Assembly (NCBI GenBank): GCA_010015585.1
Contig: ML975169.1
DNA length: 20,000 bases
Source: Eremomyces bilateralis CBS 781.70
Taxonomy: Eukaryota
Strand: one strand, 5' to 3'
Shown: piece by piece, positions 9,319 through 20,000 of the stretch
Layout: each line of letters opens with the position of its first letter
Position numbering within the stretch: the stretch's first letter is position 1
Made by a program: the position numbers and the translations under genes
The notes under the pieces: model-generated
The model's input: the letters and a program-made list of their open reading frames with translations, nothing else
What the model was told of the DNA's origin: nothing
Databases searched by the model: none

Positions 9319-10146
9319 CTAACCAGCCCAAGCATCCGTATACGGCCCATACAGAGTATGCATGGCAGCCTCTATCCACGCCGCCCTCCCACTCTCCGCT
9401 TTGAAGTATTCATGCAGATACAACCATTCACTCCTCCCTGCCCTCCGACTTTTATCGAAAGCGAACATTCCGAGAACCACTCCCAAGTCTCGATCCACCA
9501 CCCATCGCCGCGTCGGGATCGGGTACCGGAACAGCGACAGGCCCTGCTCGCAGTGCTGCGTCATGGTCACTCCGTTCTCGTTGCGCACACATTGTGCCGC
9601 CGCGAGCACTCCGCTCCCGTCTCCGGACTGGATGCCCTCGGCATAGCTGTTCGCGATCGCGATGAGCTGCACCCGTGTCAAGGCCGGTGCCGGGTACGGC
9701 GTGCTCCACACGGCGGGGGCTTCCGCAGGGAATCGCTCCGGTGCGAACAGCATGTGGCTTCCTGGTAGGGCATTGACGATCTCGATCTCATCGATCGCGC
9801 CCGTGGCGTTGTCCAGCGCCATGCGGATGCTAAGGATGGCGCGCTGGCGACCCGCTTCGGTCGGGACGCGCATCGACGCGATCTGACAGGCGTCGACGTC
9901 CACAGCGGAGATCTGCCAGGGAACGGCGAAGTTGGTCAGGTTGGCATATGACGTTTGAGCCAAGGACACGACCTGATTGTTCTGTGTGATTTTGGCTGAT
10001 GACGAGAGGGGCGTGGAGAGCGTGTTCCGCTGAGCGACAGCGGAATTGAAGAAGTCAGTGACGGCGGATTCAAGCTGGGGCCGGGTGCAGGCGCAAAGAG
10101 CGGAGGGGAGAACGGAAAAGGGGAGGGAGGCGAGATAAGGCCTCAT
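9319..10146 (-). CDS. Secreted hypothetical protein (possibly tandem NTF2/SnoaL-like domains), 275 aa
   Basis: Intronless, GC-rich ORF from ATG 10146. Signal peptide ends ...SALCA-CTR. Two halves open with similar helices (CTRPQLESAVTDFF / LTRVQLIAIANSYA), and the second contains CVRNENG. Confidence 0.75.
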   Translation of the reverse strand: MRPYLASLPFSVLPSALCACTRPQLESAVTDFFNSAVAQRNTLSTPLSSSAKITQNNQVVSLAQTSYANLTNFAVPWQISAVDVDACQIASMRVPTEAGRQRAILSIRMALDNATGAIDEIEIVNALPGSHMLFAPERFPAEAPAVWSTPYPAPALTRVQLIAIANSYAEGIQSGDGSGVLAAAQCVRNENGVTMTQHCEQGLSLFRYPIPTRRWVVDRDLGVVLGMFAFDKSRRAGRSEWLYLHEYFKAESGRAAWIEAAMHTLYGPYTDAWAG

Positions 10147-10752
10147 TCTGAAGGTATGATGTTGTCCCACGTCTTAGTGTTCACTTCTTTTGAGTCGCTC
10201 GACGGTGCGACTGGTCAAGTAGAGACAGTAATCGAAGGAGCCATCATTTGGTAGATTCACTCATGTTATTATATAGATCCCTCTAAGTCCGATCCGAACT
10301 TCTCGCTCTGTTGCAAATTATTGCGGTCTATGTCATGTAGACATGCATTTATGGGCAAATCGGGTCGTGTTTCGCGGAATACTTGCGCAATATGCGTGGT
10401 CAGGGTTTAATCAATCCGTAGCAAATTCCAAGAAATTATAGCAACGTAAATGGCCTGCTTGCAAGCATCCTCTGACTTTGAACATTTCTAGTGACATCCT
10501 AGAGATAATAGTTAGCAAAACTTATAACTAGTTATAGACTCACGCTTCAACCGGTATTTATTAGTTCGGGTTAGAGAGTGATTAACTAACCTTAGTTGCA
10601 AAACTTTAACTCGCATATGGATATGGTAATGTTTCACGGTGCCGGAATGCACTACGATGGAATTAGATTTTCTTCGTGTCCCTATTCGCATTACTTATAC
10701 CTGCGGCAAAGCTTTCGCTGCTTAATTAACTACCATCCTTTCTTCGCTAACT

Positions 10753-10874
10753 ATGTCGCTCACCACTAACTACTATAACGAGCCCAGCAAGTTCGCCATG
10801 TCACTCACCACAACTACCATAACAACAAGCCCGACGAGTTCGCCTTGTTGCTCACCACAACTACCACAATAATC
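10753..10874 (+). repeat. Degenerate tandem repeat, ~45-47 bp x 2.6
   Basis: Units start at 10753 (atgtcgctcaccactaactactataac...agttcgcc), 10798 (atgtcactcaccacaactaccataac...agttcgcc) and 10845 (ttgttgctcaccacaactaccacaataatc). Confidence 0.8.
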
Positions 10875-11271
10875 GGACGCACAGCGGAGACACCACTACC
10901 ACTCGCCCTGACGACACCATTTGTACAGGCACCAAACTCTGCTGACATCTTCTCCATTAGAAGCATTATCTCGACTTTCGGGTGGTCCCGCAATTACTCA
11001 ACCACCACCACCGTCGTTTGTAGCCTTAGGCTCCTATATATTATACCTTGGTCTGCGACAGAAATCTTGTGTGATGACTAAGTAATAAACCTCCGGTTTC
11101 CGACACATTGGTACCGTACGGCAGGGGTACTTTTGCAACAGCATAGAGTGCTTAAGTATAGACAGCCGGTCCGTCTCGCAGTCTTTCGTTCATTGAAGAG
11201 CACTTCGAAATCTTCCGAAATTTCTCCCAGGCCTCTAGCGATATCTCCACTGACGCAGGATAAGTGAAACG

Positions 11272-11774
11272 ATGCCGGTATATCACATCTACTGCTCGCA
11301 AATCCAATCCGGGCCGTCAAAGTCACAATACGCCAAAAGGCTTATCAAACTCCATGCAGACACTTTCCACACCGATCCTGATGCCGTCAGGGTTATGTTC
11401 AAGACCACACTTCGTGGTGATGTCGTCAAATCATATGTTAGTTTGTCCGTCCAACCTCTTGTGGCCTCCTAGCTAATGGGCTCATCTAGGGCGGCTACGG
11501 CTTCTCGCCTGCGAAGGGACCGTTTGGTGCAGCGATTGTCGGGGATCATATGATTGCCCATATTGACTTCCGCGGCCCTCTAGAGGTATTGCAGGAATAC
11601 TTTAGGAAGGTGACTGCATCGTACGGGAATAATCCTCCGCTTTCCTCGATTTACTGGCAGAAATTGGAAGCAGAATTTGAATTTGGGGGTTTCATTTCTC
11701 ATCCCAAAACGAGCGAAGCGGCAAGCAGCAGTGATGCTCCTCCGCCGCATTATACTGAACAGCTGAAGGAGTAA
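11272..11774 (+). CDS. Small protein with N-terminal Met-Pro, tautomerase superfamily (cis-CaaD-like) candidate, 149 aa
   Basis: Exon 11272-11436, 53-nt intron (GTTAGT...GCTAAT...TAG, 11437-11489) and exon 11490-11774 join two ORF-track fragments in frame. The N-terminus MPVYHIY...AKRLIKLHADTFHTDPDAVRVMF fits a Pro1 beta-alpha-beta pattern. Confidence 0.65.
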
Positions 11775-12153
11775 TTCAAGAGTGTTCTATTTTAAACCTT
11801 CTCGTTCTACCAATCGCTCAAATACTCAAGACAACTGAGTCTCTACGGTCTACAGTTAATACCGAATACGCTGTTTCTGCTCTCTGGCTTCCCTCTGGTA
11901 CCTGGTCCGATTTAGGGTATTCAGATTTTGTTGATTGGTTTAGACGTGTCAATCAATCACGGAAGCAATAGGTTCTCCGGCAGAGGGAGTGAGATGCATG
12001 TATTGTGTAAGCTGTGGGATACATCGCAAGGTAGATATACCCGAGCTTATGTAAGATAAATAACAAGGAAATAAATCTAGCGCGATGACTAAGCAATAAC
12101 CTCTGATTTCCAACAGATTTACACCCTTGGTAACATGCCTGCTACAATAATAC

Positions 12154-12405
12154 TGTCGCAAGATGCCCCTGTTGGTTTCTACTGCCCTAACTTTTCTTTC
12201 ACTGCCCATTACCCCTAGGCTAGGCCTATTTCGGACAGCTTAGTGTTTTCCCTTGTATTTAACTAGTTATCTTCAACTGTTTTGCTAGCTACATCTCCTT
12301 TTTGGGGAACAATGGGAATCGTCAAGACCAACTTGCGTTATGACTCTACAGCAACTGAGCTAAAGCAGCCAACGTGCTTAATCATCACCCACGCGAAATG
12401 CGACA
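12154..12405. mobile_element. Solo LTR (252 bp), same family as 871-1119
   Basis: TGTCGCA...TGCGACA termini and a 5-bp TSD AATAC (12149-12153 and 12406-12410). Roughly 90% identical to the copy at 871 by eye, same orientation. Confidence 0.93.
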
Positions 12406-12943
12406 AATACTTCCTAGTGGAGCCTGCAGGACGGTACAGTCCAAACACTCCTGGTGATTAACAAAGTACAACAACTTGCCAACATTCAGTTGAAGCATTG
12501 GCTGGAAGAAAGATCTAATCAAGTAGAGAAACTTCCTTTTAACTGCCCCATGGCGTAAAATGATAACCCGACTGTACATCTCATCAGAATATTGATTCTT
12601 GACCTTTGTTAAGGTTGAAATGGCTCGATGGGAAGCCAGTTGGAATGAACTTTTCGATCCGACTGAAGCTTCAATGGAAGATATGGATTATGATGTGTTA
12701 TGGCATTGTGGAATATCGTCAAACTAACTCGATCTGGCCAAGGAGAAGGCTTAGGCTTAGGCTTGTGATACTCATTCCAGATATGGCGTTCAGCTGAAAT
12801 AGGTTTCCCATTCCATCATCCGCCTTATCAAGCTGACTTCTTTCTCCAGTGTCTAAGCTGCTGCAATCCAGAGGCAGCACAGGGTCAGAAGCCATACTCG
12901 ACTGCCAAAATACCTCAATTTCTTTTCGCTCCGCTGCTCGTCA

Positions 12944-13469
12944 TTGCATCCTTGGCCTTATCACCATACGGTACTTCTTCTCGGACCTGCGAGCGCTACT
13001 CATTGGAGGGACAATACTAAACGAGTCTGTCCAGGTGAGTATTCAAAAAGCAATAGAAGAAGCACGTCGTGGTGATCGTGTTTATGTTGAGACTGATACA
13101 TACGCTGAGTAGTTGAGTATCGAAACTGATGGACTTGAACTCATCGAATCGGGCACTACTCTCATCCCTCCTGTAGAATCCACCCCAAATACGTGTTCCG
13201 GTCTTGGAAGGAATAACACAGAGGCTGGGATCTGTGTGACTGGAGCCAACGACGACCTCGATCTGTTCGAGACAGGACATCGCAAAGTGTTATCTGCTGG
13301 CCGCTCCGTGAAAGGCGTTTCAACCACCGGCTTCAAAGTTTGCGGTTTCTTTGGAGAAATCATTGCCGTGGTTGGAGCTCGCAATACTGAAGTGAAGACT
13401 AATACACTCATCGATGGCGGAGAGTAAGGGCTTCTCACTGTTGGTTCGAAGGGGCAACGTGGTTACTTC
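12944..13469 (+). pseudogene. Pseudogene of a secreted right-handed beta-helix (pectin-lyase-fold) protein, truncated by an LTR
   Basis: Reads ...VLLLGPASATHWRDNTKRVCPGE (frameshift ~13038) SIQKAIEEARRGDRVYVETDTYAE* (TAG 13110-13112) LSIETDG...NTCSGLG...EAGICVTG...HRKVLSAGRSVKGVSTTGFKV...IAVVGA...LIDGGE* (TAA 13425-13427) GLLTVGSK. SIQxAI...GDxVxV...TYxE is the typical beta-helix N-cap. Confidence 0.75.
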
Positions 13470-13594
13470 TGTCGCAGGATGCCCCTTTTGGTTTCTAGCC
13501 ACCTAACATTCCTTTCACTGCCCTCTAACCCTGGGCTAGTCCTAATTGGGACTCTCAGTCTTCTCCTAATTATGTATTTAAGTTATCTTCATCT
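13470..13594. mobile_element. Truncated, more diverged LTR copy of the same family
   Basis: tgtcgcaggatgccccttttggtttcta...ctttcactgccc...tgtatttaagttatcttca aligns to the first half of the two solo LTRs. The other half and a TSD are not found. Confidence 0.85.
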
Positions 13595-14039
13595 GGCTTA
13601 GGAATATTGCTGATTGATAGCCCAACATCTGTTGGGTCTGGTAATATTGTTAAGAATATTCTGCGTGGGAATGTCTTTGACCTCTATGTCGACTCCGCTA
13701 ACACTAATAATGTTATAAACAATGAATACTCAACGCTGGGACCATTCTGTACTTGAATAGTAATACATAAAAGCAAATCACAAGTCTATGACGCTGTCCT
13801 CCCTTAACTCCATTTTATAACTATAAGGAGTAACCTAATTAAAAAAAGGGCGAACTCTAATATACGGCGGTCGAGAACTGGGGATCAAAGAAACGCGGTT
13901 CATCGTATCAATATGCATAGGACGAAGAATAGTTAGAGATCAAATAATAATACAGTTTGTCCGGTTAAGACACACCACCGGGTTCTTCGTCTGCAAATTG
14001 ACTCAATTCCAATGTTTTCTGCCGGCCACAACAGAGCCT

Positions 14040-15826
14040 TTATAACCTGAAGCTTGATAGCTGTGTAGTGATATATAAAAAGTTAATTGGCCTATACGTG
14101 TCCCATGTAAGGGACGTAGTCGTTGCCGAGAAGTTCATCATCTTCGGGAGAATCAAGGAGTACTGGGGCCAGGAGGTGAGACCGGTGGCGCTGTTGTAAG
14201 AGTTCGGATCTAACGTGTTGATGAAAGAGATGAAGTATTTTCGCATGTTGGATCCTGCCACCGCGTCTGGAACGTCGAAGAAAATTTGGAACAAGTCCGA
14301 CACATGGAAAGTGCCCAAAACAGGCAACCCATACAGGCTGGTGTCGAGATAGGTCCAAGTCTTGACGGTGTAGGAAACACTAGTGAGATATGACCTTCGA
14401 GCCAAATCGAAAAAGAGATCGCCGATGATGGACGCCAGGCGCTTGAATTGGGGATAGATTTGGTTGGCAGAGCCGGTATCATATGGGGACCCATCCTCTG
14501 GTTCATCCGGATATATTGCGGCAAGACCAGCAACCTGGAGGGTCGAGGCAAGAGGAAAGTAACTCTTCAAATAGGAAATGAGTTGCTGCGTTGTTGAAAG
14601 ATCCGTTTGCGGAAGAGAAAATAGTGTTCCTTCATCTTTCACGTCTCCAATGATGAGCGGGACTTTGGCGTAAGCGCCAGATCGGATGGCAGTCTCTGGA
14701 GACACCGGGAAGAAATCGTCACTTGGATCAGGCCTGGGAAGGTAGGAAAGGTTGACACTGCTGGAGTCAACGAAGTTTGGAACCGAAGTTACGGCGCTGA
14801 GGAAGTCATCGTATGACAATCCACGCAGACAAGCCAGGCTGTCCGCAGCATTAGCGCACCCAGCACTTTCGACAACTTGATCGAAAATTGCCTGGGATTT
14901 ATCACTATCCACAGGGAGTGCTGGCCAAACCGAACCGGATTGCTAGCAATAGATAAGCTCAGGATTGGAATATCGACTGAGATTGTAACCTACCATGATA
15001 GCGGCGCGGAAAAGTGGCTTTCCATTGTAGCTAATATCGCCTCCGTTGATGATGGTATGGTCAAGAACTAATTCAACGGCAATTAGCAGAATGCACTGGA
15101 TTTGCAGATAGGAATCGTACCGGACAAAGCTCCTGCGGATTCACCCCATAGTGTGACTTTGGTTGGATCACCACCGAATGCCCCAATGTTATCCTGAACC
15201 CATTGGATCGCAAGCCTTTGGTCACGGAGGCCAAGATTTGCGCTTCCATCGGCCTTCACTTGGCTTCCAGCGAGGAAACCAAATCCACCAAGGCGATAAT
15301 TCATGGCCACGTAAATAACGGGATTATTCATGCTGATGGACTGGTTGACAAAGATCGACCCATCATAAACTTGGGTTGCACCAATTTCAAAACCACCTCC
15401 ATGAATCCAAATTACAACTGGGAGTTCAGCATTATATGAAGTCCCTTCTGGCCTCTGAACATTAATAGTCAAGCAATCTTCACCGGCAACGCTAGAAAGA
15501 TCCGCGAAGATCGGGGTCGAAGTGAGGAGACCCAAAACCTCAAGAGGAAGGTTTTCGGCATGAAGCTGGCCCAGGAACTGAGGGCAGGCTTGGGGAACTC
15601 CAATGGCGTCGATGGTTCCGAATGATGTGGCCAGTGGCTTGGGTGGTTTGAGACGTAATGATCCTGTCGGAGGTTGCGCATACGGAATTCCCATGAAAGA
15701 CTCAACCCCCCCTGAACTTGAGCCAAATACTGTCCCATTGGAGATGGTGACACTGGTTCCAGCTCTCGGGATCAAAGATCCAGCCACAGCAGTAGAGGTA
15801 AGGCAAGCAAGAAGTGTAAGAAACAT
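14040..15826 (-). CDS. Secreted type-B carboxylesterase / lipase (Candida rugosa lipase / sterol esterase-like), ~560 aa
   Basis: Exons 15826-15121, 15067-14994 and 14942-14040 join in frame (1683 nt). Signal peptide, FMGIPYAQPP, EDCLTINV, oxyanion HGGG, nucleophile GESAG, AIMQSGS, catalytic Glu (KDEGT) and His (GTFH). Confidence 0.95.
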
Positions 15827-16655
15827 GGTTAATATATGTATGTAATGAGCGACTGAGGTAAGAATTAGATGACAAACTGATTAACTAAAGGAAAAACCGA
15901 CCTGTCCCCTCAAAACTGGAAGCCTGGAATCGGCTCGTGGAGGATCTCTTCTTAAATATAATAAATGCGCAAAGACCAGCAGTTCGCATTTCAATAGTGT
16001 GACAATTTCCGAGGTAGTGGATTACTTAGCTCTTAGACTTAACTAGCTCTTAGAGCTCACAATATGCATCTGATGTCTGGGCTTGAATTCTACTATTGAC
16101 CAACCCTCGCACTTCTAACCGATATGAATGAAGAGGCGGATGCATCCCCTGGCAATTGGTTGAATAATATGATCAATGACGTGATTAGTTAGCAGTTACG
16201 CCTCTAAAGATTGCTATGCCAGCTCTAACTAGTTAGATAGATACTAACTAATTTCTATAATTTCTATTGGAAGCATCAAAGTTGAGGAGACGAACAAAGT
16301 CATGCAATAATAATGTCGGCTGCCGGCGTTCGAGCAGTTAGTGGCTTACACAGTAGTCGCAAGCCCTCTCAGTTGACCAATTATATAACATGAAAGCCAA
16401 TCAGCTTCTGCCAAGAAATTAGCCTCCTTTTCCGTTCCATGATAAGTTTGATAGCATTATTTGCACAACTTATGACGATACACGTAACAGATGCTTATTC
16501 ATCGCCCAATACTGGCTGTTAGATTTTTTGTCGCCCTCAATTCTAAGGCTGGTACGTAAGGGGCCGTATTGTAGTATTGGGAAAGATGGCCGTCGTTTGT
16601 ATCGCACTGGGACGGGGACACCACCTTCGAGAGAACTTAAAAAGATAGCCAAAGA

Positions 16656-17304
16656 GTGGCGAATTATCAGCGTCTGTACCGTGCAAGCCTGGACCATATG
16701 GGGGACGCTTCAGTGACAGACCACACGCTCTTCGTCGATTCCTTCGATGTCGACGTCATGTCCGAGACCTATGAAGTTTGCGAGTCCCAGGATAACGTCA
16801 GCGCGACGCTCAATGCGTGGGAACCAAAAAATGGCACCGCGGCGTATCCGACCGGAATCTCCGTCCGCGAAGCCGTGGCTCTACACGCTGGTCGGCGACG
16901 CGTACCGAACCCCCGAGTACGGTCTGGTCCGCGCGCGTCCTTCGACATGGTGATCATGAACAAAGATTTCTCGGCGACGCTGCCTTTCGACGAGTTTCAG
17001 CGACGGCATCATATGCGCTTCTCGATGGTGTGCACAGCGTGGAACCGGCGGCTGTTCCGCACTAGGAAAGGATTAATGGGGGATCGGTCCCGCGACGACG
17101 GAGGTTGGGGATGGGATCTGCGGCATAGTTGGTGGGCAGATGTTGTATATACTCCGCGAGTCGTCCGCTGGAGAACACGCCGGTATATCTGGATCAGAGA
17201 ACCGATCCGTAGGTGAATGCGACGTCAATGGGCTGATGGATGGGAAGGCACTTCGCTATCGTGCGGATGGCTCGGTTATTAGTGAACATATGGCAGTTCA
17301 ATGA
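16656..17304 (+). pseudogene. Relic of the C-terminal region of a HET-6-like heterokaryon incompatibility protein
   Basis: YPTGISVREA shifts frame to WLYTLVGD near 16875. RRLFRTRKGLMG is followed by an extra G in the run at 17078-17082, after which the frame reads IGPATTEVGDGICGIVGGQMLYILRE...VGECDVNGLMDGK...*. This matches the RRxFxTxxGxxGxGP...GD...LR...VGECYVxGxMDGE tail of HET-6-like proteins. No HET domain is seen upstream. Confidence 0.75.
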
Positions 17305-18004
17305 ACATCATCAGTTCTCATCCATCACTCAAATTGCGTTGAGAGAGCACATTAAACCCTCTTTGTGGTTCCCTAGCTGCCAGATTGTAAACCATATTAC
17401 CAGGCCCCATATAGAATTCGGCAAAGTGGAAAGGTTTGGACACGCTTCTGTCCACGAATGGATTCGTAAATTCTTGGTGGAGAATCTCTCTTGTCTGAGG
17501 ATGACAGGTGTTTGTAGTGCCCCTTCACATGCAGAGGATGGTGACAGAATTCAGGTGGCTGAAGATTTCGATGCCCCTGCACCTACATCATCGCGGAGTG
17601 ACAGCCTGGATTCTGCAAAAGCTTCAGTTCTGTAATGATGAAATAATGTGTGCTCCCAGATGCGCAAGAAAACTCTTTAAATAAAGAGATAACTATCAAT
17701 ATCCCATCTGATGAATGAATCTATATTCAACCTGAGGCGCCTGAAAACCAATACCTATGCAACTCGCCGTTCGTCCAGCCATGGTTCTGTCAAAAGATAC
17801 GACCTTTGCTGTTTGTTAGGCAACAGCAGTGGACTTCTCTAAGTTATAGAGTGTCTGGAATCACTATTTATTTCTTTTTGTTGTCGCCAAACTGTTTGGC
17901 ACTCTAGCTTTTGAAGCCCGAACCTACCTCTCTTCTCTTCAAGCTCCTGCTCAGATTTCATCATCGAGTCTGCACCTATCCATTCGCTCTTGTCCACAAT
18001 CCCG

Positions 18005-19637
18005 ATGTCTCAAATACCTGGCTACTATTTCGGTGCGATTACCGGCCGCCGTTGTCTATAAATCCGCTGACCGATAAAGATGAATCGCGAAACCGATGGT
18101 TTAAGGTCGATTCCGACGATGCACTTCCAGCCAGCCAGAAGTACAGCTCCGACATCATTCGGCAGAATGCATTGAAAGCAGAGGTGGGCGAGCATGCTTT
18201 CTTTCAGTTTATTTGCTTCATATTTAAATGCATATAATGTCCTCCGCCCAGTATGCATTATTCTCTGCTCCGGTCATTTGTTTGTGGGGGGACGCCGCCA
18301 TTTCATTGAATTGTATACCGTATTGGATCAAGTGCTTATATGACCTGTAGGCACAGAAGAAAGCGCGCGAACATAGAGATGCTAGGAAACACCTAATTCG
18401 AAAGATCCGACTAGACCACTCGGCAACGTTGAGGGAAGAAGTGACTGGATCTTTCAATGCTTCTCGTACCAGCTGGCTGGCTCAGAATCTAGTCCGTCAA
18501 AAGCTTTCTACCATGATGCGCCCGGTGGAAGATTTTCACGTTGTCATCAGCACGATCGATCATAAAGCGAACGTATGGATAGGAAGTTCCCAAAACCTGA
18601 CGCTCCGAAATTCTACCTTTGAGCAACAGAGTCTGAAGGTGTTTGCCCCCGGCTGGTCAATCACCACCAACGACGACAGCGTGATCTACTCCGGGCTTTC
18701 CTCCGGAGGGGTTGCGTTGGACTCATTGGAGTATCTTTCCGCCGCTATTGCCATTTACGATAACGAGGCTTCCGGCCTTCCGGTACTGAGAATCGTGGAT
18801 CACCCTGTCCAAAGATCGAAGTTTCCGGATATTCATACCATCGAGACGTACACCGACGCGAGAGGAGACCGTTATTTCGGCGCAATCTTTTCAGGGCAGA
18901 GAAGGGCAGGAAGTCTGCTTACCGCGGGACAACTTGACGGCCACCGTTTAGACGCAGCCCTTAAAATCACCTCCCGGACGAGTGACATCCTTGCCTTCTG
19001 CTTCCTCGACTCCAGCAAAGTGGCTTGCGGGACTCGTGCCGGCAATATCCTTGTCACGGACACTCGCCTCCCACACCCTCACATCCAGCTCTTTTCTCAC
19101 GGCTCCTCGATCGTGGATTTGAAGCGGGGACGAAACGAATACAGCATCATCGCAGCGGGCCTCAAAAGTCACCTAGCAATGTATGACACGCGCATGCTTC
19201 CACCTCATGCGGTGAATGAATCCGCCATCAACGTAGTGAAGTGGACGGACAATGCTAAGGTGTTCCAGTGGGATAGACTAGCAGACACCGGACAACTAGC
19301 CTCACCAGTCGTCACATTTCCACAATACAGCAACGAATCCGACCCGCAGCTCCGCATCGCGGTACACGAGGAGCTCGGCCTGGTCGCGTCTGGCAATGAT
19401 ACCGCCGGAACGGTCGCCATATTCAGCCTAGATTCCGGCGCCCTGTTGCGGAAAATAGGACCGGGCCATTTCTCCGCCGGAACGGTTCGACGGCTGCAGT
19501 GGGTCGACGACGAGTACGGGGTGCCGTGGCTGTATTTCGCGCAGGACAAGATCATCGAGCGGTGGGGAGTGGACGCAGTGGATGAAGGTCTAGTGCCGCA
19601 AGAGCGGAGAAGAAAGCGGGCACGAGATGCCGACTGA
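18005..19637 (+). CDS. WD40-repeat protein, DCAF4/WDR21-like (DDB1-CUL4-associated factor), ~472 aa
   Basis: Exons 18005-18032, 18080-18183 and 18351-19637 join in frame. The N-terminal MSQIPGYYFDESRNRWFK matches the DCAF4-type PGxYFDxxxxRYF motif. WD-like blades with DxR motifs (VTDTR, MYDTR) and a basic C-terminal NLS-like RRRKRAR. Confidence 0.85.
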
Positions 19638-20000
19638 TTGGAATTTAGGGACTTTTCGAGCCAGTTGATGATGAAGATGTTTTGGAAGGGTAATTGACCG
19701 AAGCGGACAGGACAAGATTCGCTAGAACGACCAAGACACCACTTGCTTACTCGGTAATGGTCTTTTAATAATAATAATAAGAATCAATTTAACGTACTAT
19801 CTGGATCCCTTTCGGGTCTATGAGCACGATATTCTATCTGGTCTGCCGCGGGCAAAAGTTTCCCCGTAGCCCTGAGGCTGCGGGTACATAAAATCCCGCC
19901 TCCTCCCTTTAGTAGACTATCTCAAACGTTTATCATCTATCCGTAAGAGTCGGTGTTTCCGCCTACGCGGAGAGCTTATTCTGGCACGTCGTGGAGGAAC

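Noticed and set aside
10753..10874. CRISPR-like array
   Set aside because: Eukaryotic context, and degenerate head-to-tail units without unique spacers.
1120..12153. Full-length LTR retrotransposon or composite element between the two LTRs
   Set aside because: Each LTR has its own distinct TSD, and no gag/pol motifs occur between them.
12748..12764. GGCTTA tandem resembling a telomeric repeat
   Set aside because: Under three units and not TTAGGG; likely chance.
12406..13469. Retrotransposon internal region between LTR copies 2 and 3
   Set aside because: Copy 2 is closed by its own TSD. The interval holds a host beta-helix pseudogene and unidentifiable broken frames, with no RT/integrase motifs.
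17240..17635. 131-aa plus-strand ORF
   Set aside because: Overlaps the end of the HET-like relic in another frame and has no recognisable motif.
1..20000. Starship or other giant mobile element cargo
   Set aside because: Content is accessory-like, but no tyrosine-recombinase captain or element boundary is visible in the window.

Overview
Filamentous-ascomycete genomic DNA with short GT-AG introns and CTRAY branch points. The left end holds a candidate aromatic-catabolism module. It consists of a Zn(II)2Cys6 transcription factor (minus strand, heavily spliced so the ORF track misses it, running off the window), a divergent homogentisate 1,2-dioxygenase (HmgA/HGD)-like gene (minus, 1434-3193) and a head-to-head cytochrome P450 (plus, 3789-5765). 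The module shows possible decay: a TT instead of GT splice donor in the dioxygenase, a splice-dependent stop in the TF and a solo LTR in the TF promoter. The middle is accessory-like: an F-box/LRR-type fragment, two intronless secreted proteins, a small Pro1 tautomerase-like gene, two further copies of the same LTR family and a beta-helix pseudogene. The right end has a secreted type-B carboxylesterase/lipase, a frameshifted HET-6-like relic and a DCAF4/WDR21-like WD40 gene. Gene models were spliced by hand; family calls come from motif recognition, not database searches.
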